Below, in pieces: positions 24,327 to 34,300 of a stretch of 64,000 bases of DNA; positions within the stretch are counted from its first letter, which is position 1; every line of letters starts with the position of its first letter. The notes under the pieces were generated by a model, which had not been told where the DNA came from, did no database searches, and saw only the letters and a list, made by a program, of their open reading frames with translations. Location of the stretch: contig OZ316896.1 of assembly GCA_973895155.1 (NCBI GenBank), forward strand, positions 5,756,166 to 5,820,165. The letters run 5' to 3'. The translations under genes were made by a program, and so were the position numbers. Origin of the DNA: Marsupella aquatica (taxonomy: Eukaryota > Plantae > Marchantiophyta).

Positions 24327-27126
24327 CCACAAACTTTCTTTAGCTTGGTAGTGGATGTAAAAGCATTCATTGCTTCATCCTTGTAATCTCTTCGAACGCA
24401 TGAGAGCAATCGGTGTGTAGTCAGGCCGCGAAAATAATGGCGCGGAAACTAGCTGTAAAAAACAGTGTACTGCGCGGAGCACCTTCAAACTTGGTTAGAA
24501 CTGGAAAGGTAATTTATCTTTAGGAAGAGCAAAAACTGGTTTGTTCTCGTTGAGATTCTCGGGGGCTCATGTGAAACCCGGGAAAGTTACGTCCAGATCA
24601 GGAATCCTTTTAGCAATCCGATCAGGAATTTTACACCATCGATTTGAACACGCGGTCGAATGACAGTGCCGCAAGATATAGTTTGAGACTTTCCGGGTAT
24701 CGATGGCGACCAGATCATGGTGCATCTGGGAACTAGTGGAGGGACAGATCTTCTGCCACTTCTTGGTTCGTTCGGAGCCGAGCTTTACGTTCCGATTCGT
24801 TCCCCGACGTGATATCTATAACATATTTGAACGGTGAGCTAACTGCAAGATGTTACGGTGGTTTGCCGTGTCGGTCAGTTTTGTGCAAACGACACTCCTT
24901 TGGGCACGAGATTCAAGTTGGTTCGATGCACCTAGGCAAACCTACATCCTGTAGAGAGGGTCAAGCTGTTGCGGGCACGATCAGGTGGCTATATAAATCT
25001 ACCCCTTCAGGTCCATCTAGCGATAGGACCTGATAGGCATTGTTAGGATGCGATTATTTTAGCCACAGTTTGAATCACTGTTCTAATGACGAGAACGACA
25101 CTACTCAACATACTTTTATCATTCAACACTTGACATTTGATAGAATTCGCCGGCACGACTCAATATGTGGTTCCGGCAGAAGAAGTTAGGAGTCGATATC
25201 GTAGCCCAAGGAAAGTAAGAAGCACTAGCAGTGTTGGTAGCTACAGAATGGATGACTTTCATCGGTTCCTAGATGGGATAAGATTGAAGTGATCGATGAT
25301 CTTACTGTACATATCAGTTGCTCGGTGGATGATTGGAAATCGTTATGGAATTTCTTCACTCAGCTCGTTCGTTCGCCTATATGAAGTTTTCCTTATCGCA
25401 CCGAATCCTGTTCAAATCACAATACTCGCTCTCTTTCAAAAAAATCCCCATTGCGGAAGTGTTGATGACGAATGGATTACATCGTCGTAGATGCAATTTG
25501 GAATGGCAGTTCCAGGGGCAGTTCTTAAGAGATACCGGGCATAAATGGGCCTTCCGTTGTACCCTGGAGTAACAATGCCAAATCTGGACTACGATATTCG
25601 GGTTCTGCACCTTAATTTGCCACAGCAAGTTGAATTGAAACAAACTGAACGCCAGAATTAGATTAAATTGCGAGCCATGGGTCGAGACGATGTGAGTCCT
25701 TTTCTACCCGGCCTATCGAAAAGACTCGCTTTGTCTCAATCGCAATGCCTGATTGCCCTTAATAGCCACAGGAATGCAAATTTTCGGCCATGTATAGTGT
25801 GAATGTCGACATAGCATAGAACGAAATCCGCAAAGTCAGGGTATCTTCAATCCAGGATCATTGGTAAGCCATGCATGTCTCTTAACGTTAACCACGGCAA
25901 AAGACACAAGCGACTGAGGGGCACTTTACAAAGAAGCCAGCCCCATCGAGTGGTCTCTTTTGCCAAAACCCATCGAGAGGTCATGCAGGGAATGCACGAT
26001 GTAGGCCGCAGAAATTACAGATCATGTCAGCAAAGCGACCTTTGACGGTCACAACATTTATCACACCCGTGTTTGTCGGGCTTCCCTGGCACACGTAAGT
26101 TACTGGACAACAACGGCCGCACAGATCTGCATGTTAAACGCGAACTTACGCTGGTGACGACCTTGACCCGAACTCTCATCAAAACAACCTTCAGAGAGAC
26201 TGATGGTGCACTACGTCATCGATGGGTTGAATCGATGTCCAGGTACTCAAGATCACGTAGCTTGTGCTGCTCACGAAAGAAAACGGTGTGGCTAAGCTTT
26301 AAACCACCGCAACAGACCAGCTATGGGAGTCGAGGTCATTATCCTTCCGGTAGCTGCGAGGCGGTTGCTGTCGGTTCAAATGAAGACTTTGCATGCCATC
26401 AGCAGTGCCAATCGTCACTTTCGGAGAACCCCGCGCAAGAATCAATTATTATCTGTCTGAATGAGAGGGAGGTTCATTAATAGGGAGTCTCAAAGCTTCA
26501 TAGTTACTGACGGGTGTTGGTCATAAACAAATGGCAAAGCTTCGTAGTTAGTGACAGCTTTTGGTCATAAACAAATAGGGTCAGTGCAAACGTTTCTTCT
26601 GTTTTCACTAGCCTATACTGACTTGTGGTCATGACATATGATCAATTTTTAATGCAAAAAGTTATGGATCATGATTTTTGTAATCCATGATTGATTTGTT
26701 CTGCCTGTAACCTTAACTGAAGGAGTGAAGGTCAATCGAATTTTGAGGTTTGAGACCCTCTGTTGTCCACAGAGGCTCAGGAGGTTTTGAGACAGTCACG
26801 AGCATGCATCCCACTAAGTAGTAATACTTGGATCACATAGGTGAGGAATATGTTTGATGTTTGTGAGAACGTTTCTCAAATGCCCCAAAGTTTCATGTGC
26901 TGAAATTTGAACCCTCTATCCATCAAATTTTGAAGTTTAAGATACGAATGCAGCCCTAATACTTGCTGTATTGTCATGAGCAAAGTCTTATGGTTGTGGC
27001 TTTCTGGACATACCATCCTGACAGGGCACGTGTTTAGGTAGGCTGTAGCATTTTGTCCTAACTATAAAAGCACTTTTATGTCCTTAGCCGTAACTCACTC
27101 ACTGCTCACGTTTTGAGGCTTCCTAA

Positions 27127-27537
27127 TCTTATTAATAAAGTGCGAACTGCAGCCTACTTTCACAAGCTAGGGTCTAGAGTGAAGCCTCTAGATCATAACT
27201 TTATGGCCCGTTCTATGGTCATCATGTGCATGGGAAAAATTTATGACATGACTATGATATATGGACATGTCAATTTTATGTGATAATTTTTAAATATTTA
27301 TATTCAAAATATATAGATAATATGGCCCCCCATAACATATATACATAGAACATGGATATGTATACAAAAAGCTTGATGACACATCAAGGAGAATGATATA
27401 TATATATGACTATTAAAATGTTAGATTTTTTTATCAAATCATTAATCTTCAAAGAATATGAATAACAAATATATTTTGATAATTCTTTTATTGTCATCTC
27501 CACTATTCACGTTCAAAGAACGGGTAGTCGGGGCTAG
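27127..27537 (+). mobile_element. Non-autonomous Helitron (411 bp)
   Basis: Inserted between A(27126) and T(27538). 5' TCTTATTAATAAAG; 3' hairpin CGTTC-AAA-GAACG followed by CTAG. No TSD, as expected for a Helitron. Confidence 0.75.
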
Positions 27538-28672
27538 TGTGACTTGAACAAGATCCTGTGCAACCCTTGAACTCAGGACACTCAAATTGGAGTGAAGTCA
27601 AGGCACAGAATTTGCGATTAGTATCCAAACTATAACAGACGAACTATTGGCGGCTATCGGTGAAGGTTTCCCACCAAAGCTGTCATCAAGCGCATACCAC
27701 TCGCAAAGTTGTTCTCTTTACTGTAGCTTACTTTCACGCTTGGACAAGCTTTCCAACTGAAACACTTTCGGAAAGGAAGCAACTGCTGACAGTGCTTGTT
27801 CTCTGGAGGTTACTCGTACGGGACACGGCAATAATGATGCACTCTCCTGAATGAAACTCTTTTTAACACTTTCTCGACTGAAGTCCTTTTCAGCGCCAGT
27901 AACGCCCAGCCGTACTATAGTTAGAGCATCTTCAATTCCTTCAATGCCCATACAGCCGAAAAGGATCGTTCTTCAAGGCTGAATTTCTTACACAGCCAAT
28001 GAGCTTGTCTCAACGATTCCCGATCTTTTTTGAGATAAAGTATCCGCTCATGAATTGCCTGTCAATATAATATGGCACTCTTTCTGCCAAATCTACGACG
28101 ACCTTGACTTATCAAGGCGCGCAGTTTACTGTGCCCACTAGTATTCTAGGCAGGTCTATAGCAGCCGCAAATGGAGCATAATCACCGGTAGGAATGCTGT
28201 AACAGTCGTGAAGGTTCATGAGATGGTTTTTTCAAGCTTGTGAGCTAGCTCGATGCAGTTCGAGCTCCGTTTCGTTTAAATCGGACCATGACGAGATCTA
28301 GAGACTACAGCAGATGGCGAGTCACTGCCAGTAGGTGCCTGCTGACGGATCAGCTGTAACCAAACATCTACAACCGACACCAATTCATAACTCACAAAAG
28401 TGAGGTACAAGTGCATGACGTCTTTGGACAACTCCTTTGCGACTTCACACGCCCAGCAATAAGTGCAAGTTTCGTGGCAATGATCTTCAATTCGTACAAT
28501 TCTTTTTCGTTTCAATGATCTGCATTTCGTACAATTTTTCTGTTCTTGGTTTACCCCCCATGACAAACACGTTAGCTACCTCCATATGATCCAACTACAG
28601 TCTCAAATACGTAATAGAGATGAGAATAAAAGAATGTCGACCTCGCTACGGCGATACCTCCATATGATCCAA

Positions 28673-29512
28673 CTAGCGCAATTACCTGTTTTTTGCCTTG
28701 TAAGCCTAAAATAAACTCATCCAAGAGGATAGATGTTCTTGGATACTTGTTCTACTTAGGAGTATGCACCAATGTAAGGTACTCCACAAGTGGGAACAAT
28801 ACCCATAATCTGACACTACCCAGATCAGGAGGGAGAAAGGGTTGAACCAGGGCCCCAAAGCAGGCTAGCTAGGAGGCTGAGGAGAAACCAGGACTCCCAC
28901 CACTACACCCCACCCCACACATACCCTCCACACCCTGTGCGTGTGGAGGGGGGATTCAACCTGACAATTACCTGATCTTTGAATGGGGGAATAAGGATGA
29001 AAATAAAAAAGTGTCAACCCTCAATGACTCAATGACAACAGCTGATGGAAGTTTCTTCAAGTGATTGAAAAAGAACTGGTCATTTCACCATAGCCCTTGA
29101 CCCTCCATGACAGCAATTGAACCCTTCACAGGCGGCCTCCCTAATGCATCCACTCTCTTCACATGCGACCCCTACACACCGATTCTCTTCACAAACGGCC
29201 CTATTTTTAAATGCGGTGCACTTCTCCAACCCCATCCCCATATTGAACCCCCACCCTCGATTATCTCTCCCTAAGTCCTTAAAGGTAAATAGAGATGAAC
29301 ACAATTAAAACATCCTGCAAAAAAAAGGATTATATAGTGTTTCTCATTCATTTTTGCCTCATCCCTGCGTTTTGTCCAACTTATTTTCCTGTTTTGTTCT
29401 TAGTGAGAGTTGTGATCTAGAGGCTTCACTCTATACCATAGACCTGCTTTGTATTAAAGCTTCACTCTATACCATAGACCTGCTTTGTATTAAATACGCT
29501 TTATTAGTAAGG
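28673..29512 (-). mobile_element. Degenerate non-autonomous Helitron, same 5'-end family
   Basis: Minus-strand start CCTTACTAATAAAG...TAGAGTGAAGCCTCTAGATCACAACT matches the 27127 and 53120 copies, with an internal ~36-bp duplication. Putative 3' end A|CTAG at 28673 has only a half hairpin (uncertain). Confidence 0.5.
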
Positions 29513-29818
29513 TAGCATGGTGGATTGCTCCCAACTTAATTTTCAAGGTTTTTCTTGGTGTTTCCAGGGTGTTTCTTGGTGTCACCTAGTGTATACAGTA
29601 AGCAAATAGCATACACCATTGGAGGTGTTTTTAGTATAATTAGTAACACACACCTATCCTTACACTAATGTTTTGTTTTATGTATCTTTTTGTGCATCTT
29701 TGGACAAAAACTTCTTAATAACTTTTTGAAGGGTACTAGCCAGATACTCCCGTCTTTGGATATGTGTTCCAACCTAGGACACAGAGGTCTGAGATGGGCA
29801 GCCTATTTGGGGATTTGA

Positions 29819-30167
29819 TGTTAGGATTTACTCTTAGGTCTAGAGTTACGATTGTACCGTAGTTAAGGCTAACCTCAGTCGCAGACTTGGTTAGGTTAGT
29901 CATGTTGTGCACACTCTATAACCAAGGCAAGCAGTGTTTGCTTGGAGAGTGGGACTCAGGCTCATTGTTATGGAGCTAGTTAAAAGATAGTGAGAGCTTG
30001 CGCTGTGGATGCTTGGTATGGCCGGTCGGCCTAGAGTGCAGTAAAGTTCATGTGTGTTCCCGTGGATGTAGCCTCATGTGGAGGTGAGTCACGTATCTCT
30101 CTGTGTCGACTCTTGTGCGTTGGATGGTTCTTGGGCTTGCCGTTGCAATTGTCGTCTATGCTTAACA
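29819..30167 (+). mobile_element. Copia-type solo LTR (349 bp), TSD TTTGA
   Basis: TGTTAG...TTAACA termini; TTTGA at 29814-29818 and 30168-30172. Confidence 0.9.
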
Positions 30168-30485
30168 TTTGACACCAGTTAATCAAACTAGGTCAAACAA
30201 AAATTAAGTACTTGAAACTTTTAGTTCACCTATGAAACTTCAGTGCAACTTTGGTCAAGTGACACAAGTGAAAACTTTCAAGGTCATTAAATGCTGCAAT
30301 ATAGGATCTACTATGGTCCAATACCATGACAAACACAATTATTCTGTTTAAATCACTTAGGGTTATTCATAATATGTATTGGCCTTCACTTTTTGATGCG
30401 CAATTACCCAGACATCTAGTTTTCCTTTTATGTCTTTTTGGCATGAAAATACACTAGTAATCTTTGGTTAAAGATAGGTTACTAT

Positions 30486-30837
30486 TGTTAGGATTTACTC
30501 TTAGGTCTAGAGTTACGACTGTACCGTAGTTAAGGCTAACCTTAGTCGCAGACTTGATAAGGTTAGTCATGTTCCTGGTCATGTTGTGCACACTCTATAA
30601 CCAAGCGGTGTTTTCTTGGAGAATGGGAACTCAGGTTTATTGTTACGGAGCTAGACAGTTGAGAGATAGAGAGTGTGGATGTTTGGTATGGCCGGTCGGC
30701 CTAGAGTGCAGTAAAGCTCATGTGTGTTCCCGTGGACGTAACCTCATGTGGAGATGAACAACGTATCTCTCTGTGTCGACTCTTGTGCGTTGGATGGTTC
30801 ATGGGTTTGTCATTGCCATTATCATCTATGTTCAACA
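30486..30837 (+). mobile_element. Copia-type solo LTR (352 bp), TSD ACTAT
   Basis: TGTTAG...TCAACA termini; ACTAT at 30481-30485 and 30838-30842. Highly similar to 29819-30167. Confidence 0.9.
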
Positions 30838-31225
30838 ACTATGAGAGGTAATTGTGCTAGTAACACAACTACGGTAAACTCTGATTAATGGAGTTTACAG
30901 GTAGGTTTACTTGAGCGGTAATGGTGTTAGTAACACTAAGTACTGTAAACAGGGCATGGAGTTTACAGATAGGTTACTATGAGAGGTAATTGTGCTAGTA
31001 ACACAACTACGGCAAACTCTGATCAATGGAGTTTACAAGTAGTAGGTTTACTTGAGAGGTAATGGTGTTAGTAACAGTAACTACGGTAAACAGTGCATGG
31101 AGTTTACAGATAGGTTACTATGAGAGGTAATTGTGCTCATAACACAACTACGGTAAACTCTGATTAATGGAGTTTACAGGTAGGTGAGGTAATGGTGTTA
31201 GTAACACTAACTACGGTAAACAGTG
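30838..31225. repeat. Tandem array, ~140-bp unit built from two related ~70-bp subunits
   Basis: ACTATGAGAGGTAATTGTGCTAGTAACACAACTACGG recurs at ~30838, ~30976, ~31117, alternating with the variant GAGAGGTAATGGTGTTAGTAACAC. Confidence 0.85.
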
Positions 31226-31347
31226 CAGATGAGTGGCAGCTCAACATGAAATGAGATATGGCGTAATCGCAATCCTGCAATCCAGCGTCTATCTACGATT
31301 TCATGGAAACTCGTTCCATCACAGGTGCTGCGAATTGAATTTTAGTC

Positions 31348-34300
31348 ATGGCAACCGTCCAATTTTCCCGTGGCGCACCGTTGGAGGTCTCGGGGCGTGC
31401 GACGTGCTGTCCTGATGCAAAAAAACGAAGGGCAGCAAGTGTGAGGGTGAGGAGTTCAGCTCCTGCGAGCTCAAGCACGGTCGAGATCGAGTATGAGAAG
31501 GGACAAGGGGAAGCGCGATGGGCGGGGGACGACCCTTTGGCTCGCGTTGTGAGCTCACTGATTTCCATCAAGCCGGTGTACAAAGTGCTAGCGTTTTTAG
31601 CTCAAAACGTCATGATCAGGTGAGTATTGGTTCAATGTTCCTTAGCTTTGATTCGTCTTGTATGCGACCAATTTATGCCTTGCATTTGCGGCGCGATAGA
31701 GCTCTGAATTAAATTGGGACCGATGAAGTCCAGAGATGATCATTTCAACCAAATGTTACTTGGATTTGACCGTAACAAGCTCATGATCAGGAGTACTGCG
31801 GAATCGTCCCGTAGCATGATGACTTGACTTGTCTAGTGCGAGATAGCTGAAATTGGCCCTGCAATCGTCATTCATCCAGGTTTTGTGTCTTCTGTTCTTT
31901 GGAGCTGAAAGAACATTTTTTACCCCCCTTCCCTGTCACTCTGTTTGTTTTTTAGTCTCAGACGCCACAGAGTGCTGACAATTGATAGAATGTCGATATG
32001 GAAAATTCATCTGCCTCATAGTGTTGTGTGCTGGACATGGTAGTTGTCCTTGGAAGTATCACTGCCTGCATTGTAGGCCCAATAGACTTTCAAAATGAAT
32101 TGCGGAAAATTATATTCCAGAATAGCCGATTCAACTAAAAACTCTTCCGAATGTTAGTGAATCAATGCCCATCCATTAATGTAGAAACTACTTTCTATAT
32201 TGTCACTTCGAAAAGGGGAACGCTGTCCTGGGTTTTGAACTTGAAAAGCCTAAAAGGTACATTTGGCTCAAGGCTAGATTCTATGACGTCAAGGTTTCAT
32301 TTGTCTTCCGACCAGAAGAGGCCAATTTTGAGCTGTTCTTTTGTCTTTTGAACGGAAACAGCTGCAAGGACATCTCTTTTAATCATTGAATAAGGCTGCT
32401 CTGTGCAGGCGATGAGATTAAGACAAGGAAGCTACTATATTCCTCAAATGGTGAAAATTCGATATTGCCAAGATATTTGAGGGACTCTAGGAGTCGTTGG
32501 TTCTTCTTCTGATGCACTGCAATGTCTTCTGGAGTTGTGGTTCAGGACGGCAGAAAAAAGTGGCATTCCTTGGCAGAAAATGGTGAAGGAGTTAAAGGAA
32601 TCGGATGTCTATGCTAATAAAGACTTCGTGGAGAACGTCAACATATCTTATCCTGACTGTAAGCCCGACGCACAATCTCCTGAGAAGTGAAGAGCTTGAT
32701 CGGGAAATAACTAGGATATCGTATCTGCAGGCAATTATTATAAATCTCGTGGTAGAAACTTTGGTATGTACACAGGCCGTGCTTTACTTGCAAACACACT
32801 TGTATTCAGTACGTCTGGGATAGCTAGTTAAGGTCAAAAGTAAGGGCCACATACAGGTCGTTCAGCTTTGATAAATGCGTCTAAATGGTTTTCGATGGCA
32901 GACAGAGTGGAGAAGCTAAACTTTCCCGTTCCTATCCGTCACATAATAACGATGTCATGTTTATGTATCCCAATCGTCCTTGAACATTTCGCAGATTATA
33001 TGAAAGCGTTTCATGCGTTCGGAGATGGCAATTTGTGTTGGGAGGTACTACATTCAACTTGACTTGTCAACCAAACACATCCTGTTGGAAATGAGCCTCA
33101 CTCGAACTGATGAGGGATGCAGGCATAAAGGGCCTGTAGCTCAGTGGTAGAGCACTATGATGTACACTGGAGGTCCTAGGTTCAATTCCTAGCCGGTCCA
33201 TGCTGTTGACAATTCCAGCATGGTATCAGAGCCAAAGAACAGGAGTTTCCCTTGTAGCAAGTGTGGCTCAAGGGAGGGTGTTGGAAATGAGCCTCACTCG
33301 AACTGATGAGGGATGCAGGCATCAAGGGCCTGTAGCTCAGTGGTAGAGCACTATGATGTACACTGGAGGTCCTAGGTTCAATTCCTAGCCGGTCCATGCT
33401 GTTGACAATTCCAGCACATCCGATATAATACTGCGAGTACCTGACAATATAATGGAAAAACATGGTTAGTGTTCCATGTATGCATATCAACGAACGACGA
33501 CTCGTATCAAAGCAAGCCCACTGATTCTCTGTGAAGGCATTGGCATGCCTGAACACATGTTTTGAGCAGCTCTGGTAGAGACAATGGAACGAGAGTTCCT
33601 AGGAACGGATCACGGAATGGACCGTCCCTAAAACAAATTTTATGTTGGTACTGAGTTGTGTATGCCAGGTGTTGAACTGCTGCTTTTTCGTCATTGGTAG
33701 TGGTAGCATTACAAGCAACGTAGTGGTACATGAGTTTCCTGCAAGCCAACTAGTCGTCAGTTTGAAACCCTTCTGTCAACTAGAGTTTAGTGGGTTGGTA
33801 CCCCTCTTGTTGGTGGGTGTAGAGAGCATGCACCTTGTATCTCTCTATCTCTTGTGTCTCTATGTCTCACGGAAGTCAATCAGCCGCCTCCCACAGAATT
33901 GAATTACTCAGATTGAAGCAAAGGGATGCGAAGTCAAGTATCCTGGAAAAGGGTTCTCTCATAACAGACTTAGCATTAATTGTTCAATCATCATACATCA
34001 ACTTCATGCGTTTCGTTTGTCAGTTTATTTCTGCAAGGATTTGTTTTGCGTGAAGCTGATAGCGCTCTTGTATCATAGATTATCGAAATTGGGAAAGAGT
34101 AAGACATACAATCCCTTTTGAGTGAAAAGGTGATTCGAGAGGGGTCTTGCGTCGAAATTAGTGGGTATACTAAGTCTCATCAGATCTCTCATGTGGGCTT
34201 TACACGCAGTCGGCTTTTGACACAGAGCCAGCAACAAAAGTTATTATGAAGCGAGCGTTTCCAGATATTGATTCGCCGCAGTTGGCCGAGGAAACTTTGC

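Larger units (their letters stand above)
33083..33416 (+). mobile_element. Complete TRIM (non-autonomous LTR retrotransposon, 334 bp) with a tRNA-derived cassette in each LTR (Helenus-like)
   Basis: LTR1 33083-33220 and LTR2 33279-33416 (138 bp each, TG...CA, one mismatch). PBS TGGTATCAGAGC at 33221-33232; PPT AAGGGAGGG ending at 33278; TSD CATCC at 33078-33082 and 33417-33421. Confidence 0.95.

Noticed and set aside
27170-29440. Single 2.3-kb TIR (Pack-type) transposon defined by ~30-bp inverted repeats
   Set aside because: The inverted match is part of two oppositely oriented Helitron 5' ends. The left copy has its own CTAG end at 27537 and there is no TSD.
29819-30837. One TRIM/LTR element with two LTRs and a 318-bp interior
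   Set aside because: Each LTR has its own distinct TSD and there is no PBS or PPT between them.
33083-33130. Hammerhead ribozyme (retrozyme) suggested by CTGATGAG and GAAA in the TRIM LTR
   Set aside because: No GAAA follows a stem II, and stems I and III with a proper NUH site cannot be built in any topology. CCTCA/TGAGG forms a simple hairpin instead.
33130-33396. Two functional tandem tRNA genes
   Set aside because: The anticodon arm is 1 nt short and poorly paired, the acceptor stem has a mismatch, there is no T-run terminator, and both copies are parts of LTRs.
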